64,000 bases of DNA from Candidatus Latescibacterota bacterium (GCA_965219385.1 CBDCNM010000002.1:3544305-3608304), one strand, 5' to 3'. Shown: positions 40,149-55,486, counted from the first letter of the stretch. Program-made: numbers and translations. Notes: a model not told the origin generated them from the sequence alone.

Positions 40149-41171
40149 ATGTCCACCACCCTCAAACTCGCCTTTGTCGGCTGTGGCGCCATTGCCCGTT
40201 TCCACCTGGACGGCATCAAAGAGGCAGCGCCCCGGATCCAGGTTACCGCGGCCATTGATCCCCTGCGCGAAAAGGCTGCTTCAATCGCCGCCGAAACCGG
40301 AGCCCAGGTCTTTTCCTCGCTGGACGAAGCCCTGGAGAAAGGCGACTTCGACGCGGTCAATCTGATGCTGCCCCACGACCTGCACGAAGAATTCGCCATC
40401 CAGTCCTTCGCCGCCGGCAAACACGTGCTCCTGGAAAAGCCCATGGCCCCTACCCTGGACGCCTGCGAACGCATCCTGACCGCCGCCAGTGAAGCCGGTA
40501 CGGTGTTCATGGTAGCCGAAAATTCCCAGTACTGGCCCGAAATCGTCAAGGCGCGCGCCCTCATCCAGGACGGTGCCATCGGCGATATCCTCACGGCCCG
40601 GGCCGGCTTTGTCATGGAATTCGACGACTACTGGTTCAAAGAAAAGAAGCCCTGGCGCTACGAAAAGAAACGCACCGGCGGGGGCATCATCATAGACGGG
40701 GGATCCCACTGGCTGCGACCTCTGCGCATGTGGATGGGCGAAATCGACGAGGTCGTCGCCGCCCTGGACCATCCGCTCGAGCGCATGGAGGGCGAGTCTT
40801 TGGCACGCGCCCTCATCCGCTTCCAGTCCGGCAAAATCGCCGCCTTCGACGCCATGATGCTGGACACCGTCCTGGGCCCAGACCCATGGTGGCGCATCAT
40901 CGGCACCCGGGGAGAGATCCTCCTCGACAGCGGCTTTGGCGGCCTGGGCGGGGTCCGTCTCTTCGATGCCGACCACCGCGACGGCCTGCAGGTGCAGGAG
41001 GCGCGAGGCTACGCCAAATCCTTCGGGCCCGAGCTGCTCGACTTTTCCCTCGCCGTACTCGACGGCAAGGAACTGGAGGCCGGGCCCGAGCAGGCCCTCG
41101 GGGAGTTGCGCGCCGCCCTGGCCATGTATCGCTCGGCCGAGACCCGACAGTGGGAAAAGGTTTGGGATTGA
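40149..41171 (+). CDS. Gfo/Idh/MocA-family oxidoreductase
   Basis: VGCGAIA, GKHVLLEKPMA, GGGIIIDGGSH; start ATG 40149. Confidence 0.92.
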   Translation: MSTTLKLAFVGCGAIARFHLDGIKEAAPRIQVTAAIDPLREKAASIAAETGAQVFSSLDEALEKGDFDAVNLMLPHDLHEEFAIQSFAAGKHVLLEKPMAPTLDACERILTAASEAGTVFMVAENSQYWPEIVKARALIQDGAIGDILTARAGFVMEFDDYWFKEKKPWRYEKKRTGGGIIIDGGSHWLRPLRMWMGEIDEVVAALDHPLERMEGESLARALIRFQSGKIAAFDAMMLDTVLGPDPWWRIIGTRGEILLDSGFGGLGGVRLFDADHRDGLQVQEARGYAKSFGPELLDFSLAVLDGKELEAGPEQALGELRAALAMYRSAETRQWEKVWD

Positions 41172-41409
41172 TATCCGGCAGGTTGCGCAAAACGCGCAAA
41201 TGACGTAGATGCGCCGGTTGGAGCTGTCTCAAACCTCCGCACGACACCGCTCGACACCGCCGGACCACTGAAACTTGCATTCCCCCTTAGTTTTAGATAT
41301 ATTTCTGCGCCATGGACCAGGCGTTTAATTCCCCCACTTCTGCCTATCCAGAGAGCACCTATTTTGTCGGCAACCTCTCACCATAACTGAAAGGCTTCTA
41401 CGTTGTAAC

Positions 41410-44058
<2,649 letters not shown>

Positions 44059-44065
44059 AGACCCT

Positions 44066-44830
44066 ATGAGTAAGATTATCGCCGTAGCCAACCAGAAAGG
44101 TGGCGTAGGCAAAACCACCACCGCCGTAAATCTGGCTGCCTGCCTGGCCGTAGCCGAGCATCCTACCCTGCTGGTAGACATGGATCCTCAGGCCAATGCA
44201 ACCAGCGGCTGTGGCATCCAGCCCCAGGACATCGAAAAGGAGAACATCTACCACGTCCTGCTCGGCGACCGGCCCGCGGCGACCGTCATACATCAGACCG
44301 AAATATCCTACCTCTCGCTGATGCCGTCCCACCTCAACCTCACGGGAGCGGAGGTCGAGATGGTCAACATGATCGCCCGGGAGCAAAAGCTGGAGGGTAT
44401 CCTGGCGGAACTGCGCGAGAAATACGCCTATATCATCGTCGATTGTCCGCCTTCTCTGGCGCTCCTCACCATCAATGCCCTCACCGCGGCCGATTCCGTG
44501 CTCATCCCCATTCAGTGTGAGTATTACGCTCTCGAGGGCCTGAGCAAGCTGCTCAACACCATCCGCCTCATTCAGCGCCATCTGAATCCAAAGCTGCAAA
44601 TCGCCGGTGTCCTGCTCACCATGTTCGACGCCCGCTTGAACCTGTCCCGCCAGGTGGCCACAGAGGTCAAGTCTTATTTTGGCGATAAGGTCTACAAGAC
44701 AGCCATCACCCGCAATGTCCGCCTGGCCGAAGCACCCAGCCACGGCCAACCTATCGTCCTTTACGATATTCTATCCCCTGGCGCGCAGAACTATATGAGC
44801 CTTGCAGGAGAAGTCATCAACCATGGGTAA
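44066..44830 (+). CDS. parA: ParA/Soj chromosome-partitioning ATPase
   Basis: [44 protein letters not shown]. Confidence 0.95.
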   Translation: MSKIIAVANQKGGVGKTTTAVNLAACLAVAEHPTLLVDMDPQANATSGCGIQPQDIEKENIYHVLLGDRPAATVIHQTEISYLSLMPSHLNLTGAEVEMVNMIAREQKLEGILAELREKYAYIIVDCPPSLALLTINALTAADSVLIPIQCEYYALEGLSKLLNTIRLIQRHLNPKLQIAGVLLTMFDARLNLSRQVATEVKSYFGDKVYKTAITRNVRLAEAPSHGQPIVLYDILSPGAQNYMSLAGEVINHG

Positions 44831-45701
44831 AAAGTCAGTCCTAGGAAAGGGCATCAACGCCTTAATCCACGAGTACCCCGAATCCGGTTCCACCGACGAA
44901 AGCGGACGGCAGATCGTCCACCTCAACGTGGAAGAAATCGAGCCCAATCCGCACCAGGCCCGCACCGACTTTGACGAGGAGCACATAGACGAACTGAAAC
45001 GCTCCATCGAGGAAAAAGGCGTGATCCAGCCCATCACGGTGAACCGAGTAGGCCAGACCTACCATCTCATCACCGGCGAGCGCCGCTGGCGGGCGGCCAA
45101 GAAGGCCGGCCACGAGACCATTCCGGCCATCATCTACGAAATCGATTCGCAGCAAGAGTTGATGGAGTTGTCCCTGATCGAGAACATCCAGCGCGAGGAC
45201 CTCAGCCCGATCGAAGAGGCCGAGGGCTACCGCGCCCTGCGCAACAATTGCTACCTCACGCACGAGGAGGTGGCTCAGAGGGTGGGCAAGGACCGCTCGA
45301 CCATTACCAATCTGATGCGCCTGCTCAAGCTGCCGCTCGAGGTCCAGGAGCACCTTAAAAAAGGCAACCTCCAGATGGGCCATGCACGGGCCCTGCTCGG
45401 GCTCGAAGACGATGAGGACCGGCTCGAACTGGGTCGCCGCTGCATAGAGGAAAAAATGACCGTGCGGGAGATCGAAAAGGCCGTCAACGCGCGGCGCACC
45501 GGTCGGGACAAACCCCGCTCGTCTCCTACCGAGGACCGCACGGATCCGCTCATAGTCTCCTTTGAAGAAAAATTGCAGCACCGCTATGGCACCGCGGTCA
45601 ATATCCGCCGCAACTCCCAAAAAGGACGGATCGAAATCGAGTTCTACGACAATGGAGATCTGGAGCGGATCCTCGAACTCCTCCTCAGCGAGGGTGAATG
45701 A
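44823..45701 (+). CDS. parB: ParB/Spo0J partitioning protein
   Basis: [33 protein letters not shown]. Confidence 0.95.
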   Translation: MGKKSVLGKGINALIHEYPESGSTDESGRQIVHLNVEEIEPNPHQARTDFDEEHIDELKRSIEEKGVIQPITVNRVGQTYHLITGERRWRAAKKAGHETIPAIIYEIDSQQELMELSLIENIQREDLSPIEEAEGYRALRNNCYLTHEEVAQRVGKDRSTITNLMRLLKLPLEVQEHLKKGNLQMGHARALLGLEDDEDRLELGRRCIEEKMTVREIEKAVNARRTGRDKPRSSPTEDRTDPLIVSFEEKLQHRYGTAVNIRRNSQKGRIEIEFYDNGDLERILELLLSEGE

Positions 45702-46450
45702 CCTCTGCTTCGGCACTCTTTCTCTTTTTCTTTTTCCTCAGCGCCTGCAGTCTGTTCCACCAGGACCACCCCAACCAAGCCCCGGTTATCCAGGGCAGCA
45801 CCGCCGACACCCTCAAGGTCCGTCGCGAGGGCCGCATCTCTCTGAGGGTACAGGCGTCTGATGAAGACGATGATCCGCTCTTTTACCAGTGGTCGGCCCT
45901 GGGAGCCGGCGATTTTTCAGATACGACCTGTGTCCGTACAGCCGGACCGGCGCAGTTGTGTTCCAACATCACCTGGAAGGCTCCCGAGACCATCAGCAGC
46001 GGTTCTGATTCCGAGCTTTTCCCGATCGCGGTTACCATCCGGGATCGCCGGTGCGAAATCGTCCAGGTAGAGGAGGCCCGCCGGCAATGCGAAACAGAGG
46101 CCGGGGAAATCGTCGAGACCTTTTTGGTCGAGGTGGTTCAGACCCCTCCCACGCTCGAGATCGGTCCGGATACCACGGTCGTCTTTAGCGGCCAGCCCAT
46201 TGAGCTGGATGCCTTTGGTATGGATGGGGAAAATGATGTTCTTACTTATAATTGGGAACAAATTGACGGGGAGCCCATTGGAGACCTAGAGGTGCGGAGG
46301 ATTGACGACAATCACTCTCGTATGAGCTTTGTTCCCCCTTCCCTTGGCGGCTACCGTTTCCGGGTGGAGGTTAGCGATGGGATTGATGCGGATGCCGGCG
46401 AAATCCAGGTCCATGTCATTGCCGATTCCGATCCTCCTGAGGAGGGATAA
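45698..46450 (+). CDS. Lipoprotein with Ig/PKD-like domains
   Basis: Lipobox LSAC; ASDEDDDPLFYQW and DGENDVLTYNWEQ repeats. Confidence 0.8.
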   Translation: MTSASALFLFFFFLSACSLFHQDHPNQAPVIQGSTADTLKVRREGRISLRVQASDEDDDPLFYQWSALGAGDFSDTTCVRTAGPAQLCSNITWKAPETISSGSDSELFPIAVTIRDRRCEIVQVEEARRQCETEAGEIVETFLVEVVQTPPTLEIGPDTTVVFSGQPIELDAFGMDGENDVLTYNWEQIDGEPIGDLEVRRIDDNHSRMSFVPPSLGGYRFRVEVSDGIDADAGEIQVHVIADSDPPEEG

Positions 46451-46486
46451 CCAGCAACTGTTCAAAGTGGTTGGGGAGGCTTGGAC

Positions 46487-47976
46487 CACCCCTTTGAAGG
46501 TGGGTTAATTTCCATTTATGATGCCTGTTTTGTGGTTTTTCGTTGTGCTATAAGTCGAGCGGTCGAAAGGTGCGGTTTGGTCTTTTCCGTTCGTCGCTTG
46601 GGCGGTTGTTTTTGGGGCCCCCGTGGATGCTTTTTAAAACATCTCAGGTCGACTTTTCCAGCTAAGTGCAGCAGCCTTTCCACCCACTGGGGCATGCTCC
46701 ATTGACGGAAAAGGCCCCATTGCTCCGGAGCAATGGCAATCATCATGCCGCGATAGGGGTTGGCCATTTCGTTGGCTAGATAGTAGCCTGAACGCTCTTT
46801 TTCAATCTTCTCGACGCCGTGTACACAGCGTAAGGCCGCCTTGACCACGACGAGCAGGTTGTAGGCGACCAGGGCCAGGCAAAAGGCAAACAGGGCCGCG
46901 GGTGGATAGCCCAGCGTGTTGATTTCAGCATTGAGGGGCTCGGCCAATTCTTGAAAGGCACGTTCTATCGTCCACCGAGGGCGATACAGACGCGCGATCT
47001 TTTGAGCCGAAGCGCTGCGTTGGGGCAGATTGGTCAGGATGATGATCTCGGTTTCGCCCTCCCGGGTGGGTTGATCCAGCTGCAAAGCGGTACGACGCCA
47101 TAGATGGGTGCCCCCGTCTTCATCCCCCACGCGGATGCGTTGTTCATAGACCACACCCGTGTCAATACGTCCTTGCTCGATGAGCACGCTGGCTTCTTCC
47201 CAGGGCAGTTTCTGATGATGACGTATAATGAAATAAGCCGATCGGGCTTCGAGCCCCGATAGAAAGCCGCGGGTACAAAAGGTGCGATCGGCCAACCATA
47301 CATCGTTGGCCTCGACCAAGGGGAGCACCTGGTCCAACAAGGCGCGTTCCTGGGCATGCCCCTCTTCACAGCAAATGGCCGGCGTGGCCATCTGTAGGGC
47401 GGGGTCATAGACCACCAGCGATTTACCCGGTAAGGCGCCCGAGGACAGTACGCGTAATTCGTCCAGGCGATGCGGGGTGGCCCCCAGACAATTACCGTCC
47501 ACAATCTTGAGACGGTAGCCGGGCACCCAAGGCGGAAGCACGCCCCCCATCTGGGTCACGATGGGCCCCATTGATTCCACACTATAGTCTACCAAGGCGG
47601 AGGAGGTGGGCGGCTCGATTCCATTGAGCTTGTTGTAGACCGACTGGATGGACACACTCAGGTTGGCCACGTCGGCTTGATAGGCGGCATGCATGGACGG
47701 TTGAATCCCACAGACCACCTGACTCATCAGATCGAACACGGTGGAAAACAACAACGCACGGGTATACTGCCGGTCGGCCGTATGCGCGAATAATTCATCG
47801 AGCTTTTCCGGTTGCAGCACCCGTTCCAACAGGCCGCCCACCATCACCGCGACCGGACTGTGCTCTTCAAAACGCTTGAAAACAGGGTCTAACATGGAGG
47901 ACTCCTCCAGTTTGTGTGGATTAACTGGAGTTAAATTAATGGGTTAGTGGATGCTCTGTCCACCTTCAAAGGGGTG
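46487..47976 (-). mobile_element. IS4-family element (transposase 46516-47895) with 12-bp TSD
   Basis: Perfect 17-bp IR cacccctttgaaggtgg; TSD ggaggcttggac at 46475-46486 and 47977-47988; VDG, ADR, Y..RWTIE.AF motifs. Confidence 0.93.
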
Positions 47977-47996
47977 GGAGGCTTGGACCAAAAGAA

Positions 47997-48026
47997 AAGC
48001 CCCGCCTCATTTTCGACGCGGGGCTT
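47997..48026. terminator. Intrinsic terminator for the minus-strand outer-membrane protein gene
   Basis: aagccccgc / gcggggctt stem, T-rich tail on the minus strand. Confidence 0.7.
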
Positions 48027-48049
48027 CCAAGCTGCTTGGGGTATACAGT

Positions 48050-49234
48050 TCAGAAAGTCCGGCTGCAGCGCACAAAGTAGCGCCAGTCCTCCTCCGGCCC
48101 ATCCAAGGGACGGGCCAAGCCGATCTGGAAATCATCGTCAATGCGGCCGGCAAACCCCAGGCTTCTCTTGAAATGAGCTTGCTCGTCTGGTTCAATAGCG
48201 CCCCATTCCAGGGCCCGTTGGGCCCCTTCGTGGGAAAACCAGACGGCGCCCGTATCGAACAAGACCCCTATGTCGTCGTGCCAATACTCGATATTCAACA
48301 AAGCCATCCGATCGCCGGAAAAGGCCTTGTGAGGGTAGCCGCGCAAAGTGGAATATCCCCCGAGATTGTAGAGGTATTGGCGGGGCAATTCCCCGGAGCC
48401 CCTCCCCAGGCGCAGGCGCAGATCCAGCTCACTCTCTCCGTCTTCCAAGTATCGCCTCATCTCCAACAAGACCCGGCGAAAGGTGAAGTCGCCCCCTAGA
48501 CGGCCCCCGCCTTGTTCGACCATGCTGTTGACCAGCCATTCCCGGCGGTGCCATCTCCGATGGTCCCGATTGTCCACTTGAATATCGAGCCGCAGGCTGT
48601 TGGCCTTGCCTTCATCGACTGCTGGATTGACTCTGAATGTTTTGCGGGCCAGCCTATTGCCCACCGGGATCCAATCCACCTGCGAATCCAGGGAGGAGAA
48701 TTCGTCCTGGCTCCAGCGAGCCGTCAGATGTACCAGACCAGCGTAGTCATGGATGGTGTACACACTCCATCCCCGACGCTGGTAATAGTCGAAGAAATCC
48801 CGGCGAAAGAGCGCCGCGTACAGCGAATTCTCCTCGGCGCTCAACAGCCAAGTGTCTTGTGAGGTGGTCACATCGTGCAATTCCGCACCGATGCTGGACA
48901 GGCTCCGGGGCGAGCCGTGAAAGGAGAACTCTTCGATGCCTACCTGGTACTGCCATTCTCGGGCGCCGAAGCCATAGCCCAAATGGCCGTAGCCGGCAAA
49001 ACCCTGGCCGGTATGGTCGGTATGGTAGGAGAGAGGTTCGCGCGCACCCAAGAAGAGGCCCTCGACCCGGTTGTAACGCACGAGGCAGTCGTCCTGCTCC
49101 GAACTGTACGCCGACCCCACTCCCCACTTATGTTCCCAACCCAGGTATTTTTTCTCTTCGTGTCCGTCCGCCCCAGGCACGACCACGAGGCCGGCGAACA
49201 GCACCAGTCCCCACGGCACTTTTCGTCTGTTCAT
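48050..49234 (-). CDS. Omp85/BamA-TamA-like beta-barrel lacking obvious POTRA domains
   Basis: Start ATG 49234 with signal peptide; RYNRVEGLFLG; LGGYSTLRGY loop motif; terminal Phe. Confidence 0.75.
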   Translation of the reverse strand: MNRRKVPWGLVLFAGLVVVPGADGHEEKKYLGWEHKWGVGSAYSSEQDDCLVRYNRVEGLFLGAREPLSYHTDHTGQGFAGYGHLGYGFGAREWQYQVGIEEFSFHGSPRSLSSIGAELHDVTTSQDTWLLSAEENSLYAALFRRDFFDYYQRRGWSVYTIHDYAGLVHLTARWSQDEFSSLDSQVDWIPVGNRLARKTFRVNPAVDEGKANSLRLDIQVDNRDHRRWHRREWLVNSMVEQGGGRLGGDFTFRRVLLEMRRYLEDGESELDLRLRLGRGSGELPRQYLYNLGGYSTLRGYPHKAFSGDRMALLNIEYWHDDIGVLFDTGAVWFSHEGAQRALEWGAIEPDEQAHFKRSLGFAGRIDDDFQIGLARPLDGPEEDWRYFVRCSRTF

Positions 49235-49339
49235 CAATGCCCCCTTGGTGCAATTGGGTCCATATAGTTCTATGGGAAAATTAACCATGAAGTGCGCCAT
49301 GTCAAGCACGCCCGATGAGTTCGTGTTTGCGCAAGAGGT

Positions 49340-49430
49340 GGAACGGTCATGGGGCAGCCCCAGCGCCTGGGTCGCGTCCTTCTGGCTGCCTCCGGTCTGT
49401 TCCAAAGCCCTGGTGAGCAGACGCAATTTG
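49340..49430 (-). pseudogene. Fis-type HTH remnant of an NtrC-like regulator
   Basis: RLLTRALEQTGGSQKDATQALGL; the rest of the gene is replaced by IS debris. Confidence 0.55.
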
Positions 49431-49502
49431 AGGTTGCGCACCTAGTCGTTAAAATTACCTCCCAGCATAATTGCCCTCAAAATTTGGGGAATTATATACA
49501 AT

Positions 49503-50354
49503 CTACTCGGATCCGGCTCTTGAGACGGCGCTGACGTTTCGCACGCTGTTGGGCTTGGGCTTGCGGCAGACCGAAGGCGTTGTCCTGTCGCTGCGCTCTA
49601 TGCGGGGCCTGGAGCTGTCGACGCCGGACGATTCGACGCGGTCGCGTCGTCCCCAAGGATTGAAGGTGAATCGGCCCGTAAAGCCGACCGACGAACCGAG
49701 GCCTCTGGTGGCCGACGGCACGGGATTGAAACGGTATGACGCAGGCGAAGGGCGGGTCCGTCAACACGGCTGGACCCAGCGTCGCGCCTAGCGCAAACCG
49801 CATCCGGGCTTCGAGGCTGAAACGGGCGAGGTGGTCGCCCAGACCTTGACGACCCCTAGCCAGGATGACGCCTCGCAGGGAGCCCCACTGCTGGGGCAAG
49901 TCGAGCAGGCCATGGACCGGTTGAGCGCCGATGGGGCCTATGATAAACGCAAGGTCTTCGATGCCTTCGGTCCCCAACAGGGCCGGCCCATTCGTCCTAT
50001 CATGCCGCCCCGTAAGGACGCCCAGATCGCGCAACATGGTAATACCCAAGCCGAGCCATTGGCGCGATGAGACGATTCGAGCGATCTGCAAAGGGGGGCG
50101 AATGCAGTGGAAAAAGGCGAGCGGCTATCCTCGCCGCTCGCTGGCCGAAACCCAGATGTTTCGCTACAAGCTGGTCATTGGTGACAAACTGCGAGCACGG
50201 ACCTTGGGCAACCAACAGGTCGAACATCGGCTGGGCTGTGCCCTGCTCAACCGGCTGCTTCAAGGTAACCCTCAGTCCTAGGCGGTAGAGAAAGGCGCTT
50301 AAACCACAGGGGAAGGGGCCAAAAGGCCCCTTCCGGTTTTCAGGCAACAACGCC
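49503..50354 (+). mobile_element. IS5-family (IS903 group) degenerate remnant
   Basis: YSD.ALE, LRQTEG, DGTGLK, ADGAYD, GY.RRSLAET; internal TAG and frameshift; terminal gcaacaacgcc. Confidence 0.82.
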
Positions 50355-50676
50355 CCTACTCGACGAAGACCGAGCCGAGTAGCCGTCGACGTTGTACTCT
50401 AGTTAATTAAGAAGGCTTCTTAGTACTACTCTGTCGATTAGCAGTGCTAGACCCATAAGTCCCTATTTTTCAGCAGACTGCCGAAAGGCTTAAAACTTCT
50501 CTATTTCTGATAATGCGCTGTTTCTTCGGAGCTTACGGCACAACTCCTAATCGGTGTTGGCCAGAAGATTGCGACCCAAATGGGCAAAAATAGTGGACAA
50601 TTGAGCGCATTGTCCGCCAATTAACAAAGTAGTATTAGGCTGACTTGGTGACGAATCAGTATTCTGACTGTTCTTA

Positions 50677-51604
50677 GAAGCTGTTTTAGAATTCAGATTT
50701 TCCACCGATTCTCTTGACCAAGAGGTGAATCATCGCAATGTAAATAAAGGCTTCGCTATTTCGGGGTAGGACTTCATAGTCCTTGGAAAGGCGTCGAAAA
50801 TTCAATAACCAGGCAAAGGTGCGCTCCACCACCCAACGCCATTTCATCACTTGAAATCCCTGGCCTTCTCGCTGGACCACTGCCAGGTCAATTTTGTGCG
50901 TCCGCTTCAAACTTGCAACCCATGCCTTGATGGCCTCGCCGCGATACCCACCATCGACCCATAGCTTTCGAAGGCGGGTCAAGCCAGCGGCAAAATAGGC
51001 TTTGAGCAACACCTTCAACCCGTCCGGATCGGCACCGTCGGCAGGCGAGACAAACGCGGAGATGATAAGCCCCAAGGGGTCAACAAGGAGAGGGCGCTTG
51101 CGGCCATTGACCTTCTTGCCAGCATCATAACCCTTTGATTCACCTTGGGTTGCAGTCTTGATGCTTGGGCTGTCTATAGAGCCTGCCGAAGCGGTGGGCT
51201 TGCGGCCTTGACGGCGCCTTTCCCTTCTGGAGAGTGCCGGATGGATCTGCCTCCAGATGCCTTTTTTGCTCCAGGTGTTGAATACCCATACACGGTTTGC
51301 CAGCACCCATACTCCTTGGGCAGCATCCGCCACTGACCGCCCGTTTGGGTCACATACACAATGGCGTTGAACCCCTCGCGCAGAGGAACCGGTGGACGAC
51401 CGCGACTCCCGGGATGCCATTTGCGTTTGGGAAGGAGGGTGAGGAGAAGTTGCCATTGCGCTTCGATCAAATCGGTCGGATATTGTCTGAGCGTATTCAT
51501 CTTCATCCTTTCGTTTCAGGTGGTTTTGGACAACCTGAATTTGGATAGATGAATACGCGCTTTTCAACTCTTTTTTTAACCCCTCACATTTTTAAAACAG
51601 CTTC
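50677..51604 (-). mobile_element. IS5-family (IS1031 group) element, frameshifted transposase
   Basis: IRs gaagctgtttta / taaaacagcttc; TSD TTA; GYDAGKKVNGRKR, RWVVERTFAW. Confidence 0.9.
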
Positions 51605-51608
51605 TTAG

Positions 51609-53055
51609 CTCGACTTTATCCATTTATGTAGCGTACGAGACGGTGTGTATCAAGCGGTTGAGTAGGCTTCGAGGGATTTTTATCAGGTCGTGTTGGTTGG
51701 GCAGGTTGGAAAAAGCCTGCCAGAGCCGTTGTCGGACCCAGGCCACGGCATCGGAAAAGGTGGGTTTTCGTTTGCCATACCAGGCCGTGGCATGGCAGGG
51801 GGAGGCGCTTTTGGGGGCCAGCCGATTGGCGATGAGGGCGACCAGACTAAACAAGGCCAAGATGACCGGCGTGGTCCGGGCAATGGCCCGCTCATTCCAT
51901 TGGCGTTGGGTTTCCATGCCCAGATGGGCGCGGGCTTCCTCAAAGGTAGTTTCTACCGACCAGCGTTGGAGAAAATAGGTCAGCATTTGCCGAGGGGACA
52001 GACGCACATCGGTCGAGAGCAAGGCTTGGGGCGCGAAGCGGCCGGCCGGGTCTCGGATCAGCAGCCAGCGGAGGGGCACGGCGGGCAAGCCAGTGTGATA
52101 CCACAGCGCCGTTTGGCTGTAGGTTTCCACTGTATAGGGGCCGGCGGCATACCACCGGTCCAGGGTGAGGGGGTGCCAAGGGGTAGTCGGATCGTCCAGG
52201 TGCTGCTGGAGGGTGGGCTGCCGGGCGCCTTTGCCGCGGGGGCGTCCCCGCGTGTGCGGCGTGCGGGTTGGTGGTGGGTCATACAGGGCCGCATCCAACC
52301 GCAAGCGGGTAATCAGCCCCACGTGGGGCCGAACCGCGTCGAGAAAGGCCAAGGCGGAGAAGGTGCTATCGGCGACCACGACCAGCCGGCGGGTGGGCAG
52401 CCAGCGCGCTACCAGCTTGAGCATAGTCTGCCCCCGTTGCAACAGGGTGAGGGGGGTGCGCTGGCGCTGAGTATAGTAGCGGGCCGACGGACACAGCACA
52501 CTCATAAAGGGTAAGGCCCAACTTCGATCCGCCCAAGGGATAGGCGCTACCAGCATCAACGACAGCCAGCGCAAGCCGCTAGCCTTGACCAGGTGGGGCC
52601 CACTCGAGCGGACGGGATCCCGGTAGATGCCTCGGGCCCCAATCTGGGCGCCCCGGCGCCGCTCGATGGTCTCATCCAGGCCCAGGACCAGGGGCCCGTG
52701 GGGGGCAAAGGCGGCCACCAACGCCTGGAGGAGTAGCTTACTGCCGGCCAGGGGCGACCACACACAGCGGTTGAGGATCCGGTGGTAGGTTTGAAAGGTA
52801 GGCTGTTGGCTCAAGCCCAACACCTCCAACACGGCGCTGACCGTGCGTTTACCCGGGGCTAACAGCGCCCCGACCAACAGCGTCTGAGCCTGCGGCCAAA
52901 CGCGGCTCGAAAAAAGGGGGGCAAAGGGCGACAAAATCGTTATTATATCTTTCGGCAGGGGGCTCATCGGTTTCTCCTGGGCTGTCGATGCTTGGATACC
53001 ATCAACAGTACGGAGGATACCGGCCTCCTGCCATGCGCGTTTGGATAAAATCGAG
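51609..53055 (-). mobile_element. IS701-like element, copy 2 (transposase 51624-52967)
   Basis: Near-identical to copy 1 (one N>D change); 5-bp TSD cttag. Confidence 0.92.
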
Positions 53056-53095
53056 CTTAGGGTTTTGGTCCTTTTTCCTCCTCTCAACTATAGAA

Positions 53096-54251
53096 GGAGG
53101 TGGACCCCATTGTTTGGACCACCCTGGGGTATTTTAAGGTGAAAAGCTGGGGTTAAATGAGATGGATTCGGCCGGCATGATACACCTCAATTGGGACCTG
53201 ATTATCCAAGGACGGATGAGGACGCTCCTCGTTGTAGAAATGGAAATACGCCGTTAATCCCTCGTAGAATCCGGCCGCGTCCATCCATACTGATGGCGAT
53301 GTGAGCCTGTTGCAAACGATCAGTAAAAGCATGACGGGTAAACTGAGCGCCCTGGTCGCTGTTAAAGATGTCGGGTGGCCCCCCCCTCAGTGCCGTCTCC
53401 AAGGCATCGAGGCAGAAGTTCACGTCCAGTGTATTGGATAGCTGCCAGGTCAACACGTAGCGGCTATACCAGTCCATGACGGCGACTAGATACATAAAGC
53501 CTTGGTATAGAGACGGATATAAGTGATGTCGGTGCACCCTACGTAATCACTGCGATCAATGGTCAAGCCGCGCAGCAGATAGGGGTAGACTTTGTGCCCT
53601 GGATGAGGCGTGCTGGTCCGCTTTCCAGGCGCGATCGCTTCTAACCCCATCGGGCGCATGAGACGCTGGACCCGTTTGCGATTGACTGAGCAGCCTTGCT
53701 GCCCCAGATAGGTGACCATCTTTCGACTGCCATAGAAAGGAGTACGCGTATATTGCTCGTCGATCCGCCGCATCAGGACCAACTCCTCAGCGCTAGCCTG
53801 AGCCGGGCTATAGTAAAACGACGAACGCGGTAAACCCAACAAGGCACACTGGCGTCGGATGCTGAGTGGGGGATGCGGCACATCAATAAGGGCCCGTTTC
53901 ATCTCAATCGAAGAGGGCAGCTTTTTTTTCACCCAGTCCAGCTCCACCTTGAGCGGGCCGATTTGCTGATACAGATGAGCTTTCAATTCTTCTTCGGCTC
54001 GTTGGTCCGGCGTAGGACGGCGGGTAAATAGATGCTGGGATTCGCTCTGCAGTTGGCGCTTCCACTGGCTGATCTGGTTGGGATGGACCCCATAGTCGCT
54101 GGCCAGTTCATTGAGCGTTTTCAGCCCTTTGAGCGCTTCCAGCGCCACCTGGGCTTTGAATTCAGGCGTATGATTTTTTCGACGCATGGTTACCTCCACT
54201 GATAAGATAATTCCACCTTAACCAGTGGTCCAGTTTTTGGGGTCCACTACA
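53096..54251 (-). mobile_element. IS3-family element, copy b (2-bp insertion and ~80-bp internal deletion)
   Basis: Near-identical to 7942-9180 with the same IRs; the LDNIFIERLW..YATVPQ segment is missing. Confidence 0.92.
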
Positions 54252-54308
54252 GTTTAAAGTGGACCCCTTTGTCAAGACCATTTTTGGGAAAAGATAAGAC
54301 ACCCTTTA

Positions 54309-55180
54309 GAAGCTGTTGAGTTATTCAGATGCATTTAGCGACCGTAATCTTTATCATGGCAATACGAATCATGTTCTCTGCGGATTGGGTGAGGATTTCG
54401 AAGTCTTTGGCCAAGCGTCGAAATCCACCCAACCAAGCCAAGGTTCGTTCGATGATCCAGCGTTTGGGCACCACTTGGAACCCTTGGGTTGGTTTATCCG
54501 CTATATCGAGTCGCAACCCCAACAGGTTTTCAACGAATGCAACGGTGGTACCGCGATAGCCTTGGTCGCCGCAGAAGGCTTCGACCGAATCATACTTTTT
54601 TCCGCGACCCGATCACATACGTCCCATCCTTGGCTAGTATCGGCCCCATTGGCGGCATGTACTTGGACGGTCAGCATATTACCCAGCGTATCGGGGGCGA
54701 GGTGGCGTTTACGGCCTTTGATCTTTTTCCCCCCCATCCACGCCTCGATCCTGACTGGCCTATTGGGTTTTAACCGATTGCGAATCGATCAAGGCATAGG
54801 TCGGATGCTCGTTTTTGCCCTGCTTGTGACGGGCGCGCTCATGCAGCGCGTCCAGGGCTTGTTCCCACACGCCACGCTGATTCCAGCGTCGGTAATGGTC
54901 CTAGACGGTATCCCAAGGGGGAAAATCAAGCGGCAGCATCCGCCACGGAATACCCCCTTTGACGACCTATAAAATGGCATTGACCACCTCGCGTTTGGCA
55001 TACTTGCCGGGGTTGCCCCGGGGATCAGGACGGTCGAAAAACCCCGCGATCAGGGCCCATTCTGGATCCGTCAAGTCACTTGGATACCCGCCCATACTAA
55101 AAGCCTCCCTGCGCAAAAAAGACAGCAAGCAATACATTATACATACAATACATACAGAGCTTTTTTAACTCAACAGCTTC
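54309..55180 (-). mobile_element. IS5-family (IS1031-like) element, degenerate
   Basis: Perfect 15-bp IR gaagctgttgagtta; TA on both flanks; GKKIKGRKRH, RWIIERTLAW. Confidence 0.88.
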
Positions 55181-55486
55181 TAAGATCCCCCCTGGTGGAC
55201 TTCCGCTGGCGTTTGGTAGGCCAACGATTGGTGTGGTCTTTGGTGGTTATAATAGTCGAAATAGGTGTCCAGCCCCTGGGTCAAGTCGGGTACGGTCTCG
55301 TACGATTTAAGGTAGATGTCCTCATACTTTAGACTGCGCCAGAGCCGTTCAATGAAGATGTTGTCCACGCACCGGCCTCGTCCATCCATCGAGAGGGCGA
55401 TCGGTTCGGCTTCTAAGGCGTCGGTGAACGGGTGCCCGGTAAATTGAGCCCCTTGATCGGTATTGAAGATCTCTGGTTTGCCCTGA

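Noticed and set aside
44066..46480. parS site or replication origin near parAB
   Set aside because: No GTTTCACGTGAAAC-like palindrome or DnaA-box cluster was seen by eye.
49235..49441. Fis-HTH fused to the Omp85-like barrel
   Set aside because: Chance in-frame remnant; a proper RBS, ATG and signal peptide exist at 49234.
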